DNA from: Flavobacteriales bacterium
GTDB lineage: Bacteria > Bacteroidota > Bacteroidia > NS11-12g > UBA955
NCBI GenBank assembly: GCA_947447955.1
Contig: CANFLS010000012.1
Location: 2,946 to 66,945, forward strand
Length of the DNA stretch: 64,000 nucleotides
Direction of reading: 5' to 3'
Shown: positions 37,966 to 47,528 of the stretch, in pieces
Position numbering within the stretch: position 1 is the first letter of the stretch
Layout of the letters: every line of letters begins with the position of its first letter
Program-made: the position numbers and the translations under genes
Notes under the pieces: model-generated
Database searches by the model: none
What the model was told of the DNA's origin: nothing
Seen by the model: the letters and a program-made list of their open reading frames with translations, nothing else

Positions 37966-38093
37966 ACAGTTTATTTTCGTAAATTTGTACTGCAAAGTTA
38001 CCAAAACGTTAATCGCATTGGTTAATTTTTATCTTTTTTTTAGTAAACGGATTTACGCACATTATATTTACACAATTTAATTACTATCGAGCA

Positions 38094-38846
38094 ATGACAA
38101 ACACAACTAAATATATTATAAGCAAACACTTAACCCAATTTCGCATTTGCGGAAGTGTAAAACTGACACTATTACTTTTGTGCATTATTTTTTTGGGGGA
38201 AAATAACCTTAAGTCCCAAAATTACGCTGTAAAACCCACTTACGACAAGATTTTGTATGGCAGTTTAATTACAATAAGTGCTACAGATTTATGGCTTACA
38301 AACAAGTTAAATGCCACACCCCATCATTGGACGGTAAACCCTTTTGACAAACTTGCAGTGAATCAATTGAACACGAATTTGGCACATACAGCAGATGCCA
38401 CTGCCGGAGCCACCATGTTACTCAGTTCTGCACTCACATTGGCTCTCCCTCAAAATGAACGCTGGGGGTATATCAATAACCTCGCTCAAAACATTTGGAT
38501 AACTGGAAACACAGTACAATTGGTAAAAATACTGGTACAAAGAAGCAGACCATACACCAATGCGACAGGATATCAATTTACCGGCAACAAAGACGACAAT
38601 TATTCATTTTTTAGCGGACATAGCGCCATTACCGCAGCAGCGGCAACCACAGCATTGATGTATGCTTTGAGAAACAACCAAACCAATACTGTAAAATATT
38701 TGGCCTATGGCGCCGGCGTTGCATCATTGGCAACCGCAACCTTACGCATATTGGCTGGAAAACATTATCCGTCAGACGTACTCACCGGGTTATTGATAGG
38801 AACTGGCATTTCAATTTTCAACACTCAATGGCACTCCGTGCGTTGA
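38094..38846 (+). CDS. PAP2-family phosphatase (membrane)
   Basis: PAP2 motifs KILVQRSRP, SFFSGHS, GKHYPSDVLTG. Confidence 0.6.
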   Translation: MTNTTKYIISKHLTQFRICGSVKLTLLLLCIIFLGENNLKSQNYAVKPTYDKILYGSLITISATDLWLTNKLNATPHHWTVNPFDKLAVNQLNTNLAHTADATAGATMLLSSALTLALPQNERWGYINNLAQNIWITGNTVQLVKILVQRSRPYTNATGYQFTGNKDDNYSFFSGHSAITAAAATTALMYALRNNQTNTVKYLAYGAGVASLATATLRILAGKHYPSDVLTGLLIGTGISIFNTQWHSVR

Positions 38847-38847
38847 C

Positions 38848-39058
38848 GGCTTCGCCTGTTGACACCTACGGTAGTTTACACCTTCGGTAGTTTAATTTAG
38901 GCACTCAACTCAGATATCTGTCTAATCCGTCTAACCCTCCCGATTGCTATCGGGATAACCTGTCTAATCCCGAAAAGTTTACGCTTCGCTGTTTAATTAA
39001 ACCTAAAATCTATCAACAAAAAATCTGTCTAATCTGTCTAACCCGTCTAATCTGTCTA
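38848..39058 (-). repeat. Mosaic repeat block in reverse orientation (GTCTAATC units, palindromic element copy 3 at 38928-38965)
   Basis: ...ggtagtttacaccttcggtagttt...atatctgtctaatccgtctaaccctcccgattgctatcgggataacctgtctaatccc...tctgtctaatctgtctaacccgtctaatctgtctaatccc. The last unit supplies the msrA stop codon. Confidence 0.85.
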
Positions 39059-39715
39059 ATCCCTTTTATACTTTTTCATATACTCCTCAAACTTCTTCAC
39101 CTTTTCCCCCACCACATAAATGCAGTACGGTTGCTCAGGATTGTTTTCAAAGTAGTTTTGGTGATAGTCTTCGGCGTCGGAATATTTTTCTACGGGTAGA
39201 ATTTCTGTTACAATTTTACCGTCCCACAGTTTGGCATCTTCTGCAGCTTTTAAGCTGTATAAAGCAAGTTCCTTTTGTTCGTTGTTGCGATAATAAATGC
39301 CACTTCGATATTGGGTTCCTTCGTCGTTGCCTTGTTTATTCAAAGTTGTAGGATTATGAATACGCCAGAAAACGGTTAGAATTTCTGCAAATGAGGTTTT
39401 GGTAGTATCGAACATGATTTTCACCACTTCCACACAACCTGTATAGCCTGAGCAGACTTCGCGGTAGGTAGGATTGGCAATTTTACCATTGCTGTATCCA
39501 CTCACCACATTCAATACTCCTGGCAAACGTCTGTAAACGGCATCTAGACACCAAAAGCAACCACCACCCAACACGCAAGTGTCAACTTTGGTTGGATCAA
39601 TTTCATTTGAATTTTCCATGTTTTTTTTGTTTGTGCTTTCTACCAAAGAGGAATTCTTACTCCCACAAGATAAAAAACCGATTGAAATGATAAATATAAA
39701 TATGTTTTTTAACAT
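39056..39715 (-). CDS. msrA: peptide-methionine (S)-S-oxide reductase MsrA (lipoprotein form)
   Basis: Lipobox (IGFLSCGSK). GGGCFWCLDAVY catalytic motif. Confidence 0.9.
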   Translation of the reverse strand: MLKNIFIFIISIGFLSCGSKNSSLVESTNKKNMENSNEIDPTKVDTCVLGGGCFWCLDAVYRRLPGVLNVVSGYSNGKIANPTYREVCSGYTGCVEVVKIMFDTTKTSFAEILTVFWRIHNPTTLNKQGNDEGTQYRSGIYYRNNEQKELALYSLKAAEDAKLWDGKIVTEILPVEKYSDAEDYHQNYFENNPEQPYCIYVVGEKVKKFEEYMKKYKRD

Positions 39716-39726
39716 CCTTTTGTTGG

Positions 39727-39876
39727 TTTAGAGGCACTTCGTGCGTTTAGGGGAGCTTCGCACGTTTAGGGTTTAGAGTGCCATCAATATTCAGAAGCAA
39801 TTGCTAAACGACCGGCAGGTCTTCTAAACGTCGGAGACATCTAAACGCGTTTACGCTACTAAACTCACTTTTCTGT
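39727..39876 (-). repeat. Mosaic repeat block (reverse-orientation copies of ctaaacgcacgaagtgcctc, cgtttagaagacc and gcgtaaacgcgtttagatg modules)
   Basis: gaggcacttcgtgcgtttagg...ggtcttctaaacg...catctaaacgcgtttacgc...ctgtctaaccc. Confidence 0.8.
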
Positions 39877-40203
39877 CTAACCCTTAGTCCGATACCCCTT
39901 AGCAGCCAAAAACGCTTTCACCTTATCCAACGTATCTCCTTGAATAATGATGTCGCCTTCTTTGCTGGTTCCGCCCACACCGCAATGGTTTTTGAGGCTT
40001 TTTTCTAACTGTTTTAAATCGTCAGATTTGCCAATAAATTCTTTAATCACAATACAAGGTTTGCCATTGCGAACTTCTCTTCTCACATATAATTTCTGTT
40101 GCGACGGCTCCAAAGTGTCTTGTTCCTCGCTCTCAGTGTCATACTGATAATCCGGATTTGTACTATAAACAATCCCCGATTTGTTTTTGTTTTTGTTGCT
40201 CAT
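39877..40203 (-). CDS. yciH: SUI1/YciH-family translation initiation factor-like protein
   Basis: 108 aa. An N-terminal Lys/Asn-rich tail, then a SUI1-like core (…YVRREVRNGKPCIVIKEF…GVGGTSKEGDIIIQGD). Confidence 0.55.
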   Translation of the reverse strand: MSNKNKNKSGIVYSTNPDYQYDTESEEQDTLEPSQQKLYVRREVRNGKPCIVIKEFIGKSDDLKQLEKSLKNHCGVGGTSKEGDIIIQGDTLDKVKAFLAAKGYRTKG

Positions 40204-40212
40204 ACTTTTTTT

Positions 40213-40333
40213 GGGTTAGAAGGGTTAGACCGATTAGACGGATTAGACAGATTGATTGTGATTAGACAGATAAATTTGAATAGGCAGATAAATATTTAAA
40301 AAATCTAAATCGATTTTAGATAAACGATAAACA
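40213..40333 (+). repeat. Mosaic repeat block (GGTTAGA/GATTAGACR units and others)
   Basis: gggttagaagggttagaccgattagacggattagacagattgattgtgattagacagataaatttgaataggcagataaat... Confidence 0.8.
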
Positions 40334-40375
40334 TATTTCATGAATTTTAACTTTTACTCTTGCAATTGAAAAAAA

Positions 40376-40432
40376 TCTGTCTAATCTTCCCGATAGCTAT
40401 CGGGATAACCCTTCTAATCTGTCTAATCTCTG
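40376..40432 (-). repeat. Palindromic dispersed element copy 4 flanked by GTCTAATC units; supplies the SDR stop codon
   Basis: atctgtctaatcttcccgatagctatcgggataacccttctaatctgtctaatc. Palindrome at 40388-40405. Confidence 0.85.
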
Positions 40433-41172
40433 TAAATCACTCCTGCCGCAGGTTGTGCCGTTGGCATAATTACTAAGTCGTTAATGTTTACGTGGGCTGG
40501 TCTTGAAACTGCGTAATAAACAGCATCGGCAATATCATCGGCAATGAGGTTTTCAAATCCCTCATAAACCTTTTTAGCCCTGTCTTTGTCGCCATCAAAT
40601 CGTACTTCGCTGAATTCGGTTTCAACAGCACCAGGATGAATCCCTGTTACCTTCACTTTGAACTCAGCCAATTCAATGCGCATGGCTCTGGTTAAAGCGT
40701 CAACGGCATGTTTGGTAGCACAATATACATTGCCATTCATATAAACATCTTTCCCTGCTATAGATCCAATATTCACAATATGACCACTTTTTTTATCCTT
40801 CATCCAATTGGCAACAACCTTTGAAACATAAAGTAATCCTTTGATATTGGTATCAATCATGGTATCCCAATGCGTTGTATTTCCATTGAAGAACTGTCCC
40901 AAGCCCCAAGCCAAACCGGCATTATTTACCAAAACATCAATATTTTTCCATTCTGCTGGCAATGAATTCAATGCGAGATTAACTTCTTCGTCACTTCGTA
41001 CGTCAAAACACAAGGTATACACTTTTTCAGAACCTATCTCTTCTTGAAACTTCAACAAACGCTCTGCCCTTCTTCCCGTTACGATTACTTTGTAATTGTT
41101 TTCCAATAACAACTTTGCAGTTGCCAATCCAATTCCACTGGTACCACCAGTTATTAATGCTATTTTACTCAT
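40423..41172 (-). CDS. SDR-family NAD(P)-dependent oxidoreductase
   Basis: MSKIALITGGTSGIGLA Rossmann motif. NNAG. Catalytic YCATKHAV (YxxxK). The ORF-track upstream extension to 41289 uses a non-ATG start and is rejected. Confidence 0.8.
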   Translation of the reverse strand: MSKIALITGGTSGIGLATAKLLLENNYKVIVTGRRAERLLKFQEEIGSEKVYTLCFDVRSDEEVNLALNSLPAEWKNIDVLVNNAGLAWGLGQFFNGNTTHWDTMIDTNIKGLLYVSKVVANWMKDKKSGHIVNIGSIAGKDVYMNGNVYCATKHAVDALTRAMRIELAEFKVKVTGIHPGAVETEFSEVRFDGDKDRAKKVYEGFENLIADDIADAVYYAVSRPAHVNINDLVIMPTAQPAAGVIYRD

Positions 41173-41177
41173 CACTC

Positions 41178-41918
41178 TTATTTTAAAGCATCTGCAACGA
41201 TGATCATGTTGGGTGTAAAAATCACATTTTGTGTACTTCTCCCCGTTGCAAATAATGTCATTTTTAATTTTTGTTTCAACCCGAACCAAATGAATTTACG
41301 AATCAATTCTTTCAGCGGATTTTGAATTTTCACACTACTTTCCACCACTTGAACTGCATTAAATCCACACGCCATGCAAACCTGCTGCGCCGACGATGCA
41401 TTCATATAGTTTTCGTGGGTAAAATCGCCATTGGCAAAAACAGTTGTCAAAGGAGCATCCAAATTCGGGGTTCTAAAAATCGCTTTCCCTCCAGGATTCA
41501 ATTTATTTTTTATGAGGGACAATAACTCCACCAATTCATTTTTTGTAAAATGCTCAATGATGTCCATTCCGAATATTAAATCGTATTTTTCATATGAATC
41601 TTTTAAATAGTTCAAAGCATCCTGCTCTTTCACACAATCTACACCCAATTGATGTGCCAATTTCACCTGTTCACCACTTAAATCCATTCCAAGCAAATTG
41701 GTAAATCCATTGTCCTTCAAAACCGACAAAAGACTGCCGCTGCCACAACCGAAATCATACACTTTCGATGTTTTCGGAAATGCGTTTACCAATGGCAATA
41801 TTTCAATTGAAAATCGCCATTTTTCGCGGTTAAACAAAGCGATGGCATCAACGCCGCTGGCTCTTCCACTTTGGGTGGTATGGTAATTTGAATATAAAAT
41901 TTCGCGGTATTTCATCAA
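41178..41918 (-). CDS. class I SAM-dependent methyltransferase
   Basis: VYDFGCGSGSLL motif I. Acidic motif II (LGMDLS). Confidence 0.6.
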   Translation of the reverse strand: MMKYREILYSNYHTTQSGRASGVDAIALFNREKWRFSIEILPLVNAFPKTSKVYDFGCGSGSLLSVLKDNGFTNLLGMDLSGEQVKLAHQLGVDCVKEQDALNYLKDSYEKYDLIFGMDIIEHFTKNELVELLSLIKNKLNPGGKAIFRTPNLDAPLTTVFANGDFTHENYMNASSAQQVCMACGFNAVQVVESSVKIQNPLKELIRKFIWFGLKQKLKMTLFATGRSTQNVIFTPNMIIVADALK

Positions 41919-42352
41919 TCAATTTTTACAATGGGAATATCAACAGCACACATAATTGAGCTACAAGTAGCAACCAATTTTCGTGAACCATCTTCAAAAA
42001 TGTCATATACTTCACCTTCGCAAAATACCAAAAAATTGCCCGATTTTTTAACTCTGCCCGTGGCTAAAATATTTTTGGCTGTTGAGGGATTGAGGTAACT
42101 CACTTTTAAATCGGCGGTTACCACATTTTTACCTTTTACCACGGTGGTATAAGCGCCAATTCCGGTAACAACATCTAGAATGGTAGCGGTAACTCCACCA
42201 TGCATAAATCCATTTTGTTGCAAATGGTGCTTTTTAATTTCTAACGTCATTTCGGCATACCCCACTTCAACATGTGTTAACTGAAGTCCAATGTGCTGGA
42301 TAAAATGATTTTCTTCTAATCTTTCGTCTAAATAAGCTTTTAAATCTTCCAT
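41915..42352 (-). CDS. hotdog-fold thioesterase (PaaI-like)
   Basis: 145 aa. NGFMHGGVTATILD hotdog motif. Confidence 0.5.
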   Translation of the reverse strand: MEDLKAYLDERLEENHFIQHIGLQLTHVEVGYAEMTLEIKKHHLQQNGFMHGGVTATILDVVTGIGAYTTVVKGKNVVTADLKVSYLNPSTAKNILATGRVKKSGNFLVFCEGEVYDIFEDGSRKLVATCSSIMCAVDIPIVKID

Positions 42353-43386
42353 TATTTTACTGGGTTATAACCAGACAATCTCAATATTTTTGATGCATCG
42401 TGTTCGTTAAACAATTGTTGGTACGAACAGTCTGTTGCTTTTCTATATGCTTCAACTATTTGAAGTCCCATAAAACTTCCAATCATTGGAGGACAATCGG
42501 CAGGAATTCCAGCCCCAAAAGTATGGGCTCCGTATACAAAATACCTTTTATAGGAGTTAAAATCTGAACTAAACAGCAACTTGTTTTCTAGGAAATGTCG
42601 CCACATTTGTCCTTGATCTAACTTCATTATTTTCCATTCATCTTTGGTGTATCCTAGCAAATCGTACACTTCAGATTTCGGAGAAACTTCCTGCAATAAC
42701 GACCAAATTTTTCCCTCAAAAACCGCTTGTTCTAGCATGGTTTTGATATTGTGTTCGGTTTCGAACTTACTCTTTATGTAATTCCAAATGAGCATGGTAG
42801 GAATTTGAGAAGGACTGTTGTATCTGTTAAAAAAATCAGGAACTTCAAGCATGGCATACACAGGAAAGGTGTCGTTCATGAACATTTCCTTGCTAAAGCC
42901 CAAAATCAATTGACCTTTGGTGGTATCAACGAAAGTATTGTAATTGCTAAATTGCGAAAAGTAGCCATACACAACTGGCGTTGGGGTATTTGGTATTGCT
43001 GTTTGCAAATTTTGCCAAGATTCATTCAAATCGTTTTTCCAATCGTTGTGAATGGCATAATGCGCGTTCATTGCCTTGTACATAGGCTTATTTTGTTGCA
43101 CAAAATAATTGAAATAGGTTGCCACCATACTGTCTGGGAAATTGGCATAGCGGTTATAGTCCATAATCTCTGAAAACCAGACGTTAAAAAAACGTCCGTA
43201 TTGTTTTTTGAGCATATAAATATCTTGCGGCAAAACTCTTTTACTTGATAGACTATCAAGCGTTTGAGTAAAGTCAACTATTTTGATATCTGGCTTTGTT
43301 GCTTTTTGTTTACAACTTATGGATAAACCTAACGCCAGCAAGAGGCTACATAGCACCAATTTGTTGAAAAAGTTGTTTTTTTGCAT
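42352..43386 (-). CDS. lipoprotein, possibly gliding-motility lipoprotein GldB-like
   Basis: Lipobox (LGLSISCKQK). About 340 aa. Sits divergent from a PorT-like OMP and nadE. The family assignment comes from recalled genome context, not from a motif. Confidence 0.3.
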   Translation of the reverse strand: MQKNNFFNKLVLCSLLLALGLSISCKQKATKPDIKIVDFTQTLDSLSSKRVLPQDIYMLKKQYGRFFNVWFSEIMDYNRYANFPDSMVATYFNYFVQQNKPMYKAMNAHYAIHNDWKNDLNESWQNLQTAIPNTPTPVVYGYFSQFSNYNTFVDTTKGQLILGFSKEMFMNDTFPVYAMLEVPDFFNRYNSPSQIPTMLIWNYIKSKFETEHNIKTMLEQAVFEGKIWSLLQEVSPKSEVYDLLGYTKDEWKIMKLDQGQMWRHFLENKLLFSSDFNSYKRYFVYGAHTFGAGIPADCPPMIGSFMGLQIVEAYRKATDCSYQQLFNEHDASKILRLSGYNPVK

Positions 43387-43409
43387 ATAATTAACAATAT
43401 AAGTATAAC

Positions 43410-44174
43410 ATGAAAAAAATCATTTTGTTGTTCACCGGTTTAATTTCTGCTGCGGCGTTTAACATAGCCTCTGCCCAGGAATCAAAAAGCTTTTCTTTCG
43501 GCTTCAAAGTTAGTCCTAATTTTGCATGGGTGAAAGTCCAAGAAGGACCAATGACAAATAATGGCCTTGGATTGGGATTTACATATGGCGTAACTGCTGA
43601 TTTTATGTTACTTAAGAACCAAAATTACTGGTTAAGCACAGAATTAAATGTGACTTCTTTACCAAGCAAAGTGCAACATACGGGTGATTTGAAGGGCTCG
43701 AGCGGTAACAACGCCACTTATAAAAATGTTCAGTTTAATTACAACAATCAATATTTACAAATTCCGGTAAGCATCAAATTCAAAACTGATGATTTGGGGG
43801 GAATGAAATATTACATGCAATTTGGTTTGGGAATGTCGTTTGCCATGCAGAAAAAAGTTGAAACCATTTCTGATCCGAGTATTTACGGCAATTCTGGTTT
43901 AACATCGCATGATCCCAACAACCCATCAAATGATATCTATGATTTTGCGGGAATAGACAATAACAAACCTGACCCGAGTCTAACTTTCAAAGACGACATC
44001 AATACATTTAGAGGCTCAATGATCATTGGTGCTGGTGTTGAATATCATTTATCAGGCAACATGAATTTGTTAGCAGGATTAAAATTCGACAATGGGTTTA
44101 CAGATATATTTGCCGATGCACGCGTGAATGCTAGAAATAATTTCCTTTCTTTGCAGGTAGGTTTAACATTCTAA
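43410..44174 (+). CDS. small outer-membrane beta-barrel protein (OMP_b-brl_2 / PorT-like)
   Basis: Signal peptide (NIASAQ). 254 aa. Alternating beta-strands. C-terminal LTF. Confidence 0.45.
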   Translation: MKKIILLFTGLISAAAFNIASAQESKSFSFGFKVSPNFAWVKVQEGPMTNNGLGLGFTYGVTADFMLLKNQNYWLSTELNVTSLPSKVQHTGDLKGSSGNNATYKNVQFNYNNQYLQIPVSIKFKTDDLGGMKYYMQFGLGMSFAMQKKVETISDPSIYGNSGLTSHDPNNPSNDIYDFAGIDNNKPDPSLTFKDDINTFRGSMIIGAGVEYHLSGNMNLLAGLKFDNGFTDIFADARVNARNNFLSLQVGLTF

Positions 44175-44181
44175 ACAATTC

Positions 44182-45822
44182 ATGTCGGCAATAAAAATAT
44201 GCCTTGCTCAGCTCAATTTTAAAATAGGAGATTTCGAAGGAAACACTGCCAAAATTGCGGATACTATTTTCACTGCCAAACAAAAAGGCGCTGATTTGGT
44301 TGTCTTTTCAGAAATGTCGGTTTGTGGCTACATGCCCGACGATTTACTCGATTACCCATGGTTTGTTGAAAAATGCGAACATAGTCTCGATGCGGTGGCT
44401 CAAAGTTGCCAAGGCATTGCTGCCATTGTTGGCGGTGTAATGCGCAATCCCCACAAAGGAAGAAACCTACAAAATGTTATGTGCTTCATGCAAAATGGCA
44501 GAATTCAAAAAACCATTGCAAAAACATTGTTACCCACTTATGATGTATTTTCCGAAGCGCGTTACTTTGAACCTGCCCAAGAAACAGATATAATTGAATT
44601 CAAAGGACATAAAATAGGCATTGCCATTTGTGAAGATATTTGGGATATCTATAATGATTTTGAATACAATGTTAGCCCTGGATCGATATTAAAGGAATTG
44701 GGTGCCGATATCATCATTAACCCTTCTGCTTCCCCATTTCACTTAGGAAAACAATCTTTGCGTAATCGGGTTTTTGGAGGACAAGCCAGCCGATTCGATC
44801 TTCCGGTAGTTTATGCCAACCAAGTGGGTATCCATACCGAACTGTTGTTTGACGGTGCCAGTCGTGCGGTAAATCGCAATGGCGAAGTGGCCATGCAGCT
44901 TCCAGACTTTGAAGAAGCTGTTGGTTATATTTCATTTGATGAAGGGTCAATATTTGCCAACGCTACCCTACCCATTGAATTGGATGAAATTGCAACCCTA
45001 CACCAAGCATTGATTTTTGGCATTAAAGATTATTTCAAGAAAATGGGCTTTAAAAAAGCTGTTCTTGGATCTTCAGGTGGTATTGACAGCGCTTTGGTTC
45101 AAGCATTGCTTTCTCAAGCATTAGGAAACGACAATGTGTTGGCTATTTTGATGCCAAGTCAGTTTAGCTCTGAAGGATCAATCAACGACGCCAAAAAGAT
45201 TTCAGAAAACTTAGGAAACGAATACCACATCCTTCCCATTGAAAATATTTTTGATCAATTCACCAATTCTTTGACTTCTGTTTTTGAGGGACGAGAATTC
45301 AATGTTGCAGAAGAAAATATCCAAGCGCGCTCAAGGGGCGTTTTATTGATGGCAATCAGCAATAAATTGGGCAATATTCTAATCAATACAAGTAACAAAA
45401 GCGAAATGGCCGTTGGATATTCAACGCTATACGGCGATATGTGTGGCAGTTTATCCATTTTAGGCGACGTATACAAAACCCAAGTATATGCGTTGGCCAA
45501 ATACATCAATAGAAACCACGAAATCATTCCAAACGAAATTATAGAGAAAGCACCAAGTGCTGAACTTAGACCCGGTCAGAAAGATTCCGACTCATTGCCA
45601 GATTATGATATGCTCGATGAAATTTTGAAACTATACATTGAAGGCAAAAAGAGCAAAGATGAAATAACTATGGAAGGTTACGACAGTTCTTTGGTTGAAC
45701 GTATTGTGAACATGGTAAATGCCAATGAATACAAACGTTATCAGGCACCTCCAATTATTCGTGTGAGTTCAAAAGCATTTGGGAAAGGCCGAATCATGCC
45801 TTTGGTTGCAAAATATCAGTAA
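44182..45822 (+). CDS. nadE: glutamine-dependent NAD+ synthetase
   Basis: N-terminal CN-hydrolase domain (…VVFSEMSVCGY…, catalytic C in AICEDIW) plus a C-terminal NAD synthetase domain with the SGGIDSALV PP-loop. Confidence 0.85.
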   Translation: MSAIKICLAQLNFKIGDFEGNTAKIADTIFTAKQKGADLVVFSEMSVCGYMPDDLLDYPWFVEKCEHSLDAVAQSCQGIAAIVGGVMRNPHKGRNLQNVMCFMQNGRIQKTIAKTLLPTYDVFSEARYFEPAQETDIIEFKGHKIGIAICEDIWDIYNDFEYNVSPGSILKELGADIIINPSASPFHLGKQSLRNRVFGGQASRFDLPVVYANQVGIHTELLFDGASRAVNRNGEVAMQLPDFEEAVGYISFDEGSIFANATLPIELDEIATLHQALIFGIKDYFKKMGFKKAVLGSSGGIDSALVQALLSQALGNDNVLAILMPSQFSSEGSINDAKKISENLGNEYHILPIENIFDQFTNSLTSVFEGREFNVAEENIQARSRGVLLMAISNKLGNILINTSNKSEMAVGYSTLYGDMCGSLSILGDVYKTQVYALAKYINRNHEIIPNEIIEKAPSAELRPGQKDSDSLPDYDMLDEILKLYIEGKKSKDEITMEGYDSSLVERIVNMVNANEYKRYQAPPIIRVSSKAFGKGRIMPLVAKYQ

Positions 45823-45824
45823 AA

Positions 45825-47026
45825 TGCACAGACGCTACCCAAAACATTTTTGGATAATGTGTTGTGGGGCACTTTTCTTCTTTTTATCGTTCAATATTGT
45901 TTTACCTGAATTATCCGATTTCCTTAAAAGATTAAATGGAAGTGAATATTTGGGATGGATTATTCCTGCGTTTTCAATAAGTGCACTGGTTGCAAGACCT
46001 TTAAGCGGATGGATCACAGATAATCTAGGCCGAAAATGGGCCATGATTGGTGGGTGCATATTTTGTATTGTTGCCGGATTTTTATATCCCTTCGTAGGAA
46101 CACTTTCTGCTTTTTTCTTGGTACGTATTATTCATGGATTTTCAACCGGATTCACCCCAACAGGGTTTACCGCTTACACCGCAGATACCGTATCGCATGA
46201 ATTTAGAGGAAGAGCCATGGGATGGCAAGGCACTTTCAATAACATTGGAACGAGCTTTGGTTATGCCCTTGGTGCCTTAATTGTAAACTACTTAGGGGTG
46301 AATCAACTTTTCATAGCCAGTTCTATTTTCGCAATTTTAGCCTTGGTCATGTTTTCAATGTTGCCAGAAACAAAACCCGCCGAAGCAAAACGAAAATTTG
46401 AATTCAATATTCAGAGTTTATTTTATATTCCAGCTTGGAAACCCGCTTTACTCATGTTTTTGGTTTGTATATCACTCGGTTCAATTTTAACCGTGATGCC
46501 AGACTATACCATAAGTTTGGGCTATGCAAACAAAGGACTTTATCTCACTATCTATATCACGTTTTCATTGATATTCAGATTGTTTAGTGGCAGAATTTCA
46601 GATACTTTGGGAAGACCCTGGTCAACTGCAATTGGAACCCTAGGTCAAATTATTTCTATGTTGTTGCTCATATTGAATCCTTTCAAATACGCCTTTTTTA
46701 TTAGCGCATTCTTTTATGGAATTGGACAGGGTTTTAATGCTCCGAGTTTATTTGCTTGGGCAGGAGATACCGCCGAAGCAAAAAACAGAGGAAAAGCACT
46801 CGCTTCACTCTTTATGATGCTAGAATTGGGGATTATTTTTGGAGGTATATTTTCAGGGAAAATATTTACCAATTGGAAACTTGGATACAATGCAGTGTTT
46901 GCAATGAATGCATTTTTCTTTTTGATAGCCTTTGTTATGAGCGTTGTGATTATTCTTCAAAATCGTCGAGCAGCCAAAACACATCGCGATACCACTGAGA
47001 ATAAGCATTATAAGACCCATGCATAA
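45825..47026 (+). CDS. MFS transporter
   Basis: 12 predicted TM segments. Loop 2-3 motif RPLSGWITDNLGRKW. Start chosen at MHRRYPKHFW to avoid overlap with nadE. Confidence 0.7.
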
Positions 47027-47528
47027 ATTTGATAATTTCTTTGTCAGAATGCGGTTTTCGTTGATATAATTTCACAAATTTCAACTCCGTATTTTCCATG
47101 TAGTATTTAAAATCAATAATGCAATCATACCAATTATCAAATACACAGTAACTACTATACCCTTTTCTTCTGGCGGTAGTTTCCCTTTGATTGGGATATC
47201 GCATTCCAACCAAATTGTTATATTTCAGGGCATAAACTGAATTTTGATTGTCATACCCACTCTCTTCAATTTTTAATACAATAAATAGTTTGGCCCATTT
47301 ATCGAGCGCCACTTTTGCAACTGTATGTAAATCTTTAATTTTGGGAATTGTACGCAACGGCAATTTTAAGCTATCACAATAAACTGTATCATTTTTAATG
47401 ACAATAAAACCCGTTCTTGGCTCGCAAAAAGGTTTGTTTTGAACTATTCCCGGAACACCAAAAAGCACCAAGTAAAATAAGCAACATACACCTATTAAAA
47501 ACGATACTTTACGGATTACATTTTTCAT
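46950..47528 (-). CDS. glucosaminidase-domain protein (GH73/FlgJ-like)
   Basis: IEESGYDNQNSVYALKYNNLVGMRY resembles the E-S-G…NNLFGIK glucosaminidase signature. N-terminal hydrophobic anchor. Confidence 0.45.
   Translation of the reverse strand: MKNVIRKVSFLIGVCCLFYLVLFGVPGIVQNKPFCEPRTGFIVIKNDTVYCDSLKLPLRTIPKIKDLHTVAKVALDKWAKLFIVLKIEESGYDNQNSVYALKYNNLVGMRYPNQRETTARRKGYSSYCVFDNWYDCIIDFKYYMENTELKFVKLYQRKPHSDKEIIKFMHGSYNAYSQWYRDVFWLLDDFEE

Noticed and set aside
28396-40440. Possible CRISPR array, given the many short direct repeats
   Set aside because: The units are 9-16 bp in head-to-tail tandem with no unique spacers. The only longer unit (44 bp at 56391/56460) occurs twice. This is neither the 24-47-bp repeat nor the 26-72-bp spacer geometry of CRISPR. 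No cas genes are present.
42352-43386. Firm GldB assignment for the 344-aa lipoprotein
   Set aside because: The call rests on lipoprotein size and on remembered neighbourhood (nadE nearby in Flavobacteriaceae), not on a visible motif. It is kept as a low-confidence label pending an HMM search.
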